Source of the DNA: the human T2T-CHM13v2.0 reference genome, Homo sapiens
Reading direction: 5' to 3' (one strand)
NCBI RefSeq assembly: GCF_009914755.1
Contig: NC_060929.1
Length of the DNA stretch: 64,000 bases
Positions 13,314 to 25,329 of the stretch are shown here, one piece after another. The stretch's first letter is position 1. Every line of letters begins with the position of its first letter. The notes below the pieces were generated by a model. That model searched no databases and was not told the origin of the DNA. It saw only the letters and a program-made list of their open reading frames with translations. A program made the position numbers and the translations under genes.

Positions 13314-15459
13314 CTCTTGGATAAACTAAAGAGTGTCTTAAAGGTTCATTTTCTTGTGGGGCAGAAAGAAAATACATTTTTGGAAATTCTTTAAAGGTTA
13401 AAAAAGGTTAAAAATCAGATGGTGTTAAAGTAGGCATTTCATATGCATACGCTTGGTAAGCAGACGAGTCATGTACAAGTGTGAAAATGCAGAACACAAA
13501 TAATGGGAACCTATGACATATTAACGGAATTTGAACTCAAGTAATGCTCAGTTGGCCAAACAAAGCTCATAAGACAGCCTAGTTCAACTTGCAAACCACG
13601 AATTTACAGTTACTGTCTTTAAGAAAGAGATGAATAAGCTTCAAAACTTTGAAAAAATTAGAATTTATCTCAGGAGAATAATGACATTCCATAAGGAGAA
13701 CTTCCTACAAATAAGTTAAATCTTCCTCTTGCCTTCCATTGCTGAGCTGGGTTCATGTGATATAATCATAGAATGAAGAGGGATAAACCAAGCCAAAAGA
13801 GGCCAGAAAGGGGACAGGCTCAGGACAAAGGGAAAGAGAAAAGATATATTTAAAACACCAGTCAGACCCTTTCTGGACCTCATACTTCCTCAGTTTCAGC
13901 ACCAGAGTTAGTGTAGATGTTTATTTTGTGGTTTTCATTCTTCTCTCTGCAAAAACATTCTTCCTGATAAAGTTGGCCATGATATTCCAGCAGGACTGCC
14001 CACCACTTTGAGAGGGCTGCTCATCATGGGCAAATCTTCAGTTGTGAGTGATGACTCTCTTTCTCAGCCTGGGTCTTGGTGGGAATGGGGAGTTCCAAGG
14101 CAGCTAGTCAGGCAAATAGCAGCCATGGTAAAGGTCTATGTCCAAGCCAGGACCAGAAAAGCAAACTCAATTATTTCTATGCGAGCTCATTGTCTGGTTC
14201 CTCATCTGTTTTAATGCATGGGACAGATCTTTTTAGATAAAAAGATAAAAAACCCTGGGCCCAATTTGAGCTTTTTAGTTTATTTTTTGAGTAGTTCTGT
14301 TTATTTGTAAAGGTTGGTACATCATGATTTTTATTTTTGTCTTTGAAGTTTTCCAAGGAACAAAGAAAAAAATTTACTTACTCTTTTAAAAGATATAATA
14401 AAACTGATTTTATATTACAATTATTATATGGCTCCATCTGATGTCAGTCAGTATTTTCTCAATCTAATACAGGTTATTGAATTTCAGTGATCTTACTTTC
14501 CGGTATATTATCAATTATTCCTAACTACAATGAAAAAGAATGGTGAAATAGCCCAGAGGAATAATGAAATAGTCAAATAAATCATTACTATTATAACGTC
14601 CTTCAGTTTTTTTCATTGTTTTGCTTAAAGTTTTATATCATCTTTTAAGAAGGTATAAAAGAAGTCTGGAACCATCATCTTTATAGTTTATTTCTTAGCT
14701 TTTATTAAATACAGTTGAGAATCCAGGAATTTTTGAATGTTTCTCCATAAGAAACATAAAAGAAGGAGTTGACAGAGAAAGAGTTTACAAATTGGCTAGA
14801 TGAAGATAAATGCAAGGAGACAAGAGTGGTCTTTGACATTCTAATAATGGTGTAAAATTGATTGTATAATAAAAATTTTAGTGAGGCTTCAGATAACAGT
14901 ATCTTAGGTAAATTTTCCCAAATGCAGTAATAGATGAATGAATTACACATTTCTAAGGGCAAAACGAAAACGTGGTATTTTCATTGTCATGCAACAGAAA
15001 GGATTTTATTATGCAAGTATTTTGTGACCAAAATCTAGACCATTCTATTGTGCCAAAAGGCATATTACACATTCTTTCATTGTTCATAAAGCTTGTGCAC
15101 TGGAATTTACTTGATATCATTAATAAATGGATAGACAGTTGTATATACAAAGTTGAGTAGTAAGAAATAGATGCTGTAGTAATGAAAAAATTAATTGTAT
15201 CCATCATTCTAATTGGTATTTATAAATCTAAAAATTAAAATATATTAAAATTACAGAGAAAATAAGATGACCCTTTCCTTTTCAATAAAATTATGTACCA
15301 TTGAAGTTTATAAAGTATCACATTTTGATGATACAACGGCATGAAGCAGAATTAGAAGTAATGACAAGACAGAGCCTAGCAGAGATATATTTGAAATCTG
15401 AGAACAGAATTTATAAGTTAGATATGTCTCTCTAGTTGAATTCAAAGGATATTGACTTT

Positions 15460-15575
15460 TCTCCTCCCTCCCTCCCTTCCTTCTTTCCTTCCTTCCTTCC
15501 TTCCTTCCTTCCTTACTTCCTTCCTTCCCTCCTTCCTTCCTTCTTTTTCTGTGTCTACCTATCTATCTGTCTCTC
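15460..15575. repeat. (CCTT)n simple repeat
   Basis: CCTT/CCCT units followed by (CTAT)-like units. Confidence 0.9.
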
Positions 15576-15899
15576 TTTAAAATCAGGAACATATGGAATA
15601 AAAATTTGGGTGTGCTATATTTAATTCTTATTAAAATGTCTAATAAGGTTTTTTCCACTCTGCCTTTATGCTTACTTTTGTAATTATTCATGAGATGACA
15701 AACATATACAAAATAAAAAGGGGCTATTGTGCCCAGATGGTAGTTATATCTATTTTCCTGGTATATTGTGGGTTAAATGGGGTAGAAAAAACAAGACTTA
15801 CTCAGTGTACATTAAGAGCTCCTGGACTTTATTGTCTACTTTTCTTATTTAAACATGCATTTGATATAAATTTTGTGAAACAACAATATTATGAGGAGT

Positions 15900-16015
15900 A
15901 TTAGCCTGAAGCTGATACAATGTGAGTCTAGCCCTCATTTTGCCACACTGCTATGTGATCTTAAGTAAATGATTTTGTTTTTCTGGACCTTAATTTTCTA
16001 ATTTTGTAAAATGAG
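15900..16015 (+). mobile_element. MIR fragment
   Basis: TTTTGCCACACTGCTATGTGATCTTAAGTAAATGATT…CTTAATTTTC…GTAAAATGAG core. Confidence 0.6.
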
Positions 16016-16459
16016 TGGGTAAGAAAGTTTTTCTGTCTCATGCACAATGAAAGATGTAGTCATGTTGAAATGAATAAAATCTGCTGTTTTCTTTTGTAGG
16101 CCATCGACACATATGTGGGCCAATTCTATTTCTTAAATTGTTTTGTTGGAGGCTGAAGCAGATATTATCCCATCATCTTTCTCATAAGCCAATCTTTCAT
16201 TTAACTGTTCAGTCCTTCAGCCACCATACTTAAGTACCTGTTCCATGTCAGCTGCTGAGGAAAAAAATCAGACCTTAGAAGTCCTTAAAAGTCAGATGTG
16301 TCAGAAGTAAACTCAGCAAAGTATGTAAGTGTCGTGATGTGAATCTAAGATACAGAAGAAGTTCAAAGAAGGAAGTCATGCAGTCTCTGGGTGCATTGAT
16401 GGTAAGAGCAGATATGAGAAGAAAAGGGGTATGGGAAAAGGTGATCCTTGAGCTCATAT

Positions 16460-17630
16460 TCATACCAGCTAGTATAGTAATTCTTTCATTTTTACTATTT
16501 GTTCCATGGCAGAAGAATCTATTACTGAGAAAAGGGGCTCACTGCTCAATGTGCTAGAAGCCAATACTATGACACTGGGTTTTTGAGTAAACAAATTATT
16601 TTTATTGCAGGTTGACCAATAAGGAGACAGGAGTGTATCTCAAATCTGTCTCCCTGTGCTGGCTTTAAGGCTGTATTCTTATTAGAAACAGTTTGGGGAA
16701 TGAATTCTGAGATTAGTAGGTGATTGACGCAAGGAAAGTCCTCAGGCATGCAGAGTTATCTCTTCATTTTTCTTCATGGGTCACATGTGCAATTTCAGTG
16801 GGAGTTAGTTTGAAACATGCTGTGGAAATTTGGTCCCTGACACCAGCAAGTTCATTCTGTGCAGACTCCAGTCAGCCATATTGGTTTTAACGGATTCAGC
16901 CAGCATTTTAATCTCACTAGGAGAGAGTTTCAGCATTTCAACAAGTTATATCTTTTCTTATCTGTCATCCTGTGAGGTCAAGAGTTTCTATCAGTCACTG
17001 GTTTCTTTAACTCTTCGGGGTATGGCTTCAAATCCACAATGGCCAGGTGGCAGTCTCAACTTCCATCTTAATGGAATCATTGTCAATTCACCTGAAATAA
17101 TCATCTCTCCCTTGGGAACTAGAACCCCTAAGCCAACAGAACTCAACACTGTAGGAATGAAAAGTAAATATCTGCGTGCTATTATTAGATTTAGTAGTAA
17201 AGGGAGACACTCCTACTTCCATTCCTTGATTCTCAAACTGTATTTCCTAGTTTTAGGGGAACTAAGTCTCAGGAAGCCATTACATTGTTCTATGCCAAAG
17301 TGAACATCATTGCACTTCTTTTGCTGTGAAATATTACTTGGTTAAAAGCATTTTTTTGTGTGTGAAATATCATAAAAGTGAACACAACATCCCAACCCCA
17401 CAGTTGGTTGGGATGACAGAAGCATTGTAGGTTGGCAGGGAATATCCATATTCAGAATACATACACCCTTTTTGGAAGGGGTACGATGAAATCAATCCTT
17501 CATGATGTGGCTGGCTGGTCTTCCTAGGGAATAGTGTTACATCAGGGCTTTGCTTTTAGCCTCTGCTATTGGAGGATTATGTATTTAGAAGTAGCAGTCA
17601 CCAGATCAGACTTGGTGAGGAAGAGTCCTT
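16460..17630 (-). mobile_element. ERVL-class internal remnant (dUTPase region), split by a solo LTR
   Basis: Minus strand 17158->17033 translates IPTVLSSVGLGVLVPKGEMIISGELTMIPLRWKLRLPPGHCG, like HERV-L (…SAGLEVLVPEGG…TMIPLNWKLRLPPGHFG). It continues left of the LTR as …ITILAG. Confidence 0.8.
16520..17030 (-). mobile_element. ERV solo LTR (family uncertain, MER72-like by recollection)
   Basis: Minus-strand start TGAAGCCATACCCCGAAGAGTTAAAGAAACC; AATAAA at 16601-16606 (minus); 4-bp AATC duplication at 16516-16519 and 17031-17034. Confidence 0.8.
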
Positions 17631-17631
17631 T

Positions 17632-18075
17632 TGGTGGTTTTAAAATTTGTTCAAAATTCTTTCACTTACTTCCCTTCAAAAGGTAGGGCCAAATTCCCCG
17701 CCTTCAATGTGTGATGAACAAAATGATTTGAATCTAATGAATAGAGTGTGGCAGGAATGATGCATTTGACTTCAAAGCCTAGGTCACAAAAGGATGGATT
17801 CTGCTGGTTCTCTGGGGATGTAGGAGTGTGCAGAGAAGAAGCCATGTTTTGAGGACACTCAAGCAACCTTTGGAGAGGCCCACATGGGAAGGAACTGAAA
17901 CCTCCTACCAAAAACCAGCGCTAATTTGCCAGTCATGTGAGTAAGCCACAGTGAAAGAGAGCCTCCAGTGTCGGCCAAATCTTTAGATGCTGCAGTCACA
18001 TCTGACAATTTAAATGTGACTTCGTGAGAGATCCTGTACCAGAACCACCCAGTTAAACCATTCCCAAATTCCAAT
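17632..18075 (+). mobile_element. MLT1 (MaLR) LTR, MLT1F-like
   Basis: GGAGAGGCCCACATGGGAAGGAACTGAAACC…CCAGTCATGTGAGTAAGCC…GAACCACCCAGTTAAACC are MLT1F/G motifs. Confidence 0.8.
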
Positions 18076-19165
18076 AGGAAGAGGTACCCTTGGAATAGAT
18101 TCTGTATTTTATAATCCAAATTCCCTCTTTATATATCATCCCAGATATTAACAAAAACAAAAAATAGCCCCTTATTCTTTCTTGCTGCCTTATTTTACAC
18201 TTGTAGTAAGGTTGAATGAACTGTGTTTTTTGCTGTCTTTCTCACATCACATACTGTGTTTTTTGCCCACTTTCTCATACACAAACATATCAGATAAATA
18301 TTTACACTAAATAAATACATTTTTTGTACATAATGTTTTGCAGATAATATAGGGACCACATTAGAGATTCCCTGCCCTACTTTTCTCATCTCTACTAGGA
18401 ATCTTAATGAGAGATAAGACATAGAAGTAAAACACATTAATACAATTTTAAATATCAGAGTATGGATTACTATATCAAAAGTTGGATTATGAAATATATA
18501 TTTATAATTCTAACAATTCAGATTAAAAAATTAACTTCTTTCATTGCATATGTTAATTGGAGAAATATATATAAGTACAAAAAAATTAGGAATCCTAAAT
18601 AAATTAGAAAACATTCATAATTCCATTACCCACAGTAAATAGTATTAATATGTTATGTCTTATGCTTCTCTCCATATATTTTATTTTTAAACATGGATCA
18701 TGTAGCAATTACTCTTTTATAATCTCTATTTTACATAGTGTTCATGAACACAATTCTGTCAGTAAATACTCTTATGCTTCATATTTAATAGATATATATT
18801 ATATACACAAAATTATTTATTGAGTCAATCTATTAGATAGCTATTTAGAGTGTTTCCAATATTTTTACTATTCACAGTGACATAAATAAATATTACATAT
18901 ATTGATAATTATTTTCTTAGGGCAATAGAGTGAAAGAACTTAGAGTAGGTTTACTAGCAATTGCCCTCAAGAAAGGTTTCAATAAAAACCTTTGTCATGA
19001 ATTGATATTATGAATGCTGCTACAAATTCTTAAGAGGTAAAAGTTCAAGTCCCTTTATCCTGACGATTAACTAGATTAACTTTTTGTTGGTAGGGTTTGG
19101 ATTTACCTGAGACCATGCAGGTTCATTATGTTTCTTATAGTTAAAAACCTAAGAAAGCTGTTACA

Positions 19166-19623
19166 TGTGTGTAAACACATCAGACCAATCTGGTTCAACT
19201 TTTATGTAACAAAATTGTGAGTTGTTTTTCAGTTGCCATGGCCTCCCAGGTTGAAGGTCATATAACATTAGCACTGGTGGAACCTAAGTGCTCACACTAA
19301 GGAATGGCGATTTAATTAAGAAGCAGACACTATATGTAGGATCCAAGGTCTAATCAGATTGAGCTCTGGCATCACTTCATCGAAGGATCCAGTCCGAGCA
19401 GGTCTCCTGGCATCACAACATCACAAGATCCAATCAGAGCACACTTCATTACCCTCTGACTATAAAACCTGTCCCAACCCTAAGCTTGGGGAAATAGATT
19501 TCAGCTTTTCCTCCTGTCTTCTTGCCTGTTGACTTGCAGTAAAGCTTTTCTTTTCTCAAAGCTGATGCCATAGTAGTGCCTTCTATGCACATGGGTTAGT
19601 GAGCTCATTGATTGCTCATAACA
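19166..19623 (+). mobile_element. ERV solo LTR (LTR47-like by recollection)
   Basis: TG…CA termini; CAGACCAATCTGGTTCAACTTTTATGTAAC start; TATAAAA at about 19461; AGTAAA polyA-like signal near 19538. Confidence 0.8.
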
Positions 19624-19911
19624 TATAAATAGACTAGGAAAAATCCTAGGAGTTGCTGTTTGCAAGATGAAGTTTTGGCAGATGAGACTCTATTTACCAT
19701 TGTGGATGCCTCTCTACACTGTGCTGTACTGCACTGCAGAGAGTAGCTCACCAGGATTCTGCCCAATATTCTCAGGGAAGGTGTTGTATAAAGCAAAGTT
19801 GGTCCCATTAACAATGTCTTAGTGGAAAAGCTGTTGGTTAAAAAGAATGGCAAATCTTGAATGTTTACTTAGAAGCTCCTGAAACCAAGAGGTCATTGAT
19901 TGCTAATCTTG

Positions 19912-20090
19912 GACCAGTGGCTCCTAAACTTTATCATGGATAATTATGACTGAGGTGCTGATTAAAATGTCTCAAACAAACTCTATTTATTAAGGCCTGA
20001 GATAATACCTACTCTTCTTATCAAACCCTCTAAGTGTTTTTGATGCAGGTGATCTTGCCTATAGCCCACATATTTCAAAATGTGCTCCAA
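19912..20090. mobile_element. MER5-like hAT-Charlie remnant
   Basis: CAGTGGCTCCTAAACTT…TGATTAAAATG…TTTGATGCAGGTGAT…CCACA pattern. Confidence 0.55.
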
Positions 20091-20676
20091 GATTGTGTAG
20101 TCTACCACTCTCATTTTGATAGTGATGAAAACCAAACCCAGAGCAATGATTAAATGCCATTCCACGAAACTCACACAAGTGTCTGACTAGAACTTGACTC
20201 TCCTCACTTCCAAATTAATAGTTAGTATTAAAATGATACCAAAGAACCTCACTTTTTTAAAAGAGAAAAAAAATGGATGATTATGGCTTAAGAGATTTTT
20301 CTCTTAACAACAATAATAAAAGTTTTTTAGCTAGAAATCATGAAACTTGAACTAGCATGTCCCAAACATCAAACAGAAAAAGGCTGCTCCTGTGGAAAGA
20401 ATGCAAAGGCAACATGGCACTAAGAGGCTGATGATTCCTGCAAGGACAAAGTCTCAGAATACAAGTGACAAACTGTGTTCGCACAGTTTCCTAGGAACTT
20501 AAAGCACTCGGTAGACAATTTTTTTTATCACAAATAATTCTTACATTGGACTTGTTATTACTGATTCCATCTTACTGCCATGGAGACAAAAACTGAAAGA
20601 GAAGTGTCCGGTTTGTGATAATGAAGGCTGTAGTGCATACAGCTTAGGGGCTGAGGAGCTGCCTCAACTTCTGTTA

Positions 20677-20874
<198 letters not shown>

Positions 20875-23439
20875 TGGCTTGCCCATAATCAAATGAGCCC
20901 TCAGGTCTCCACTTGGCATAGGATAATCACTTTTAAATATGATCTGAGCATACGCCTTGCCCTGTAGATTTAAGATTCCTTTATAGGCCTACTGTTTTAA
21001 GGTCCTATAGCCTAATGTCTATGTACAGATAGATACATTTAAAGATAGTTGTAACCACCTGTATCCCAAGCAGATTAGATATAACTTAGAATAACCACTG
21101 TCAGTGCTGGAAGTAATGAAAGTAGAATAGAGAAGGAGAAGCAGGTTAATTTACATATTGATTTGTCCCCATGCCACCTGTGTGGGAAGTACAGGATGAT
21201 GTACAAAGAAATTACCTGTAGGACCGTAAAAAAATGGTCTTGGAACTCCTGGTCCCAGTATATAGGTTATCAGGTTTAATTTGAGCACTAGAGTATGAGC
21301 CTTACCTTTCTATTTTACTTTTTAATATTTGGGGAAAAAGAAAATTGCCACATATCGAAAATCAATCAATATATTGTTCACTGTTTTCAGTACCTGAGAA
21401 TAACTTAATTTTAAAAATAGGTTGCATGTTTGAAACGTATAAGTTGCCATTGTGACTTATAAAGTTCTGAGGTTTGTTTGCTTTTTATAACTTATAAGAA
21501 GTTGCCACTACTTTGCATTTATTTATTCTATTGCTATGTATTGCACACCTCAATGGAAACAATGGTCCATGGAAACAAACAATGGTAATACTGCTCAAAG
21601 TGAATAACCTGTTTCTATTTATTGATTAAAAGTTTTATATAACATGTTTACTTATTCTATTTATATGCAATTAATAACAGTTTTAGGCAAATAGTCTCAT
21701 TAGAAGGATTGGATTAATGACTATGAAGAATGGAAGCCCAAAATTAATTATTTAGTGAATTAAAAAGGTGAATAACATTTGTCTAAATCTTTTCTTGGCC
21801 TAATGAACAGATATTTTCTACTTTGCAATAAATGTCTTCCTTTAGACACATTTTTGTAATCCTGATCTTTAATATAGACTCAATTATCTGGCTAAGTGGA
21901 GCTTCTCTGCATTTTATTGCCATCTTATAAACCATAGAATTTTTATTTTGCCCAAGGAAAGGATAAAAATGAGAATGATTGATGATTCCTATTTATCTTG
22001 AACACCGAAAAAATTTAATGCCGTATTTGCTTCTGTCGTCAGTATTTTCATTTCAGTGTCATGGGGGAAAATTGTGCAGCAATGGTTCCATATCATATTA
22101 TAAAATTGTTTTTTTCTTAAATGTACGTAGAATACTTGCTTTCCCAGACAACCTTCTGTTCTTCTTCCTTTCCACCAAGTTGTTCATAATTTAGATAATA
22201 AAGTCAATTTGGCAATGGAGAAACTCAGACATAGAAAGATATTTAATAACATTCTCAAGCTAGCACAAAAAATTTGTGACTTAGATGTGATCAGAAGAGG
22301 TGTTTTTTTTTTCCCACCAAGTCACATATCCATTTGAACGTGAAATACAGAATATTCGTAATGTTGAAATGTTCTCTCAATTGTATAATAATGTTTGAGA
22401 CATGTAATGTCTTTGCAAGTCATGCCATATGGAGATGATATTCCCAGTAGACTATGAATATGTGTATGCATCTGTAATTAGTGATAAAATCTTACTTGTT
22501 GTGATCACATTGGAAAGAATGAAGCACATTCTTTTCATGCTATCCTGAATGTCTCTGCAGATTTATTGCTTAGAACATATTTACTTGTTTGTTGCAACAT
22601 CTGCTAAACCTGTCTGTGTCTTATTAAAATAGCAAGCAGACCTAAGTATCAAGTGGTATCATTGGACATCACTCTTGGGTTGGTACACAAGTTTAATCGG
22701 GTAAAGGTCATGTTTGAAACATGTGACCCTCACTGTTTTCATAAGTTAGATTCTGCTCATTTCAATAACAAAGCTATTCTGATAACCGGTGTTGAGAATT
22801 GGATAGAATTCTACATAACCTCCACCCCACAAACATGGATTAACAGTGATGTTGATAATGATTTGCACAGGACATAATTGTTTCCAAATGAATTCAATAT
22901 GTACTATCTCATAGACAGAGTCGATATATATAAGGGAGGCAATGGATACCAGGCATCCATATGGAGCTTTACTCAACTTCAACAGATTCAAGCAGCTTTT
23001 TAATTAAACCTTGGTAATTTTCCTCTATTGGAGGCAGCTGGAAGTCTTGGAAGACTCCTCCAGAAGCTTATCACATTTTTCAGCTTATCCCAATCCTATC
23101 ACTTTTTCAGTTTCTCTCTCTAAATAAATATCCCCGATTTTTCTAGTCCATTTCTTTCTCTCTGATTTCTGATCTCTTAAAGCATTTATTGTCAGCATCC
23201 CATTATTTAATACTTGAATACATACTGCCATTATTATATAATGCTTATAGAGTTATGTTCCACTTTGTTGGTTCCTGAGCGATGTCACAGGCTAATGTAC
23301 AGTGTAGTAAAGTCCTTTATTTGAAGGGAACATAGGCCAACCAAATCATCTCCAAATTCTGTTTTCTTGCACCCACTGCCCTCATAAACCACTCCAAAGT
23401 GTTCCAATGTTTCTCTCTCAATGACCCAACAAACACCTG

Positions 23440-24118
23440 TATAGTATCTTGTTATACGTATATACCACATTTGAATTATACATTCAATTGTTGATGGATA
23501 TTTGAGTTGTTTCCACATCTTGGTTAGTATGAATAGTGCTGCAATGAATATAGAAGTGCTAATGTCTCCTTGAGGTCTTGTTTTTATTCCATTAGGTAAA
23601 TACTTAGAAGTGGGATTGCCGGATCATATAGTAGTTCAATTCTTACGTTTTCGAAGAACTTCCATACTGTTTTTCATAGCAGCTGTGCCATTTTGGATTC
23701 CCATCAACACCATTCAAAAGTTCAAAAGTTCAAAATTTCCTTTTGTCCACATTTTTGCCAACACTTCTTCTCTTTTAAAAAAATTAGAGTCATTCCACCA
23801 GGTGTCAGGTGATATCTTGTGGTTTTGATTTCTTTTCCCCGATGATTAGTGACATTGATCATTTTTTCATCTACCTATTGGCCATTTGTATGTCTTCTTT
23901 AGACAAATATCTAGATGAGTCTTTAGCGCATTTAAAAATTGAGTTATTATGTTTTTTAAACCATTGAGTTGTAGGAGTTCCTTAGATATTTTGGAAATTA
24001 ACCATTATGCCATTGAGTTGTAGGCATTACTTAGATATTTTGGGAATTAATCAACATAAGATATATAGTTTGCAAATATTTTTCTCTCTTTCTGTAGGTT
24101 ACCTTTTCACTGTGTTGC
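23440..24118 (-). mobile_element. L1M (L1MA/MB) ORF2 3' fragment
   Basis: ORF 23285-23518 begins WKQLKYPSTIECIIQMWYI, resembling the L1 ORF2 C-terminus; typical antisense L1 text. Confidence 0.85.
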
Positions 24119-24309
24119 AATAAACTATTACTCTTCAATAAAAATGAATGAACTTTGAAGGATGAGGTCTTCTTGGCTTGGTTGGGATAAAAAGAAAGGC
24201 TAATCTTACTTAAGGGCCTGCCTTCTGCCAGATGCAGTGCAGTTACTTACCCCACTATTTAAAAAAATAGTTATTTTCTATAGTAAATGTTATTTGTCTT
24301 ACCAAAAAA

Positions 24310-24650
24310 AGAACTACTGAAACACTATAAAACCTGAATTAATCTCAAAAATATCATGCTGAGTGAAAGAATACAGATGCATATGAGAATATGTTTTATG
24401 ATTCCACCAATATGAAATTTCAGAATAGGCAAAACGAACCTACAGTAACAGGAAACGCATCAATGATTACTTGAGGCTAGAACTTCAATGTGCTTGAGAG
24501 GTCATAGTGGGATGCTTGAAGTGTTTTATATTACATTTGGGCTGACGGTAGCTTAGGCATATACATTTGTCAAAACTCATTTTGTTATACACTTAAAATG
24601 GGTGCATTTAATTATATTTAAATTATGTACTCTAATGAATTTAAACCTTT
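24310..24650 (+). mobile_element. Old L1 3'UTR (L1ME/MC-type)
   Basis: AATCTCAAAAATATCATGCTGAGTGAAAGAA…ATACATTTGTCAAAACTCAT…TACACTTAAAATGGGTGCATTT. Confidence 0.8.
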
Positions 24651-24742
24651 GAAAAAAGGTGCTAAACATCAAGAAGAAAATATTCTTCTAGCTTTTGCCA
24701 CCATGTGTCCCTTGCCTTATAGTAGAATAGTCCCTTGAACTA

Positions 24743-24822
24743 TTAGGTTGGTGCAAAGGTACTTGCAGTTTTTGCTATCGAAGATAATGGCAAAAACCGC
24801 AATTACCTTTGCACCAACCTAA
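24743..24822. mobile_element. MADE1 (Hsmar1-derived MITE), complete 80 bp with TA target duplications
   Basis: TA-TTAGGTTGGTGCAAAGGTA…TACCTTTGCACCAACCTAA-TA; two ~37-bp inverted repeats. Confidence 0.95.
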
Positions 24823-25329
24823 TACTGTTCTCCTACTTTGTCCTGATTCTCTGTTGCAAGAGTCCAAGCACTTAAGTGGTTAAGAAGGAGTTTCTTGAAT
24901 GTTAGGAAAGGAAATAGGCAAGACACAATTGACCAAGCTGGAATTATCTCTTGCTGTAAGAGGTAAGCAGAATGGCAGGAAAACTCACATATCATTTTCA
25001 TTGTGTCACAGCTGTAATGCTTTTATTGATTACTCGATGTACGAATTAGACCCAGCTTCTTTTTCAAGAACCTTACAGTACTATTAAGAAGGAAAAGTCA
25101 TGTGGAAAGGGTCACCACAAAAGAAGTATGGAGTGTTATGTAAGTTTATGTGTATTTCTGACAGAGTTTTGACACAGCATTGTGCTCAAGGTCAGCCTTA
25201 TTTCTTAAAGTAAATTTTCAAAAAAGAGCAAGGATAATTTCTTATATTTCTACTATTAATGAAAGGGCAAATCCCAAATTTTAAGAATAGAAAGTGCTCA
25301 CTCAATAAATTTATAATAATTGCTTGATA

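Noticed and set aside
16082-16100. Strong plus-strand splice acceptor (tgctgttttcttttgtag|G)
   Set aside because: No convincing downstream donor and no other plus-strand exon support.
16830-17303. Longest ORF in the window (157 aa, plus strand)
   Set aside because: It spans an LTR/ERVL junction antisense to the retroviral frame and starts at a non-ATG codon; no recognisable protein.
21306-21393. Additional minus-strand exon candidate (also 544/577-613)
   Set aside because: The donors are reasonable but the acceptors are weak or A-rich; indistinguishable from chance.
22653-22877. 74-aa ORF in unique DNA
   Set aside because: Non-ATG start, no flanking splice signals and no family resemblance.
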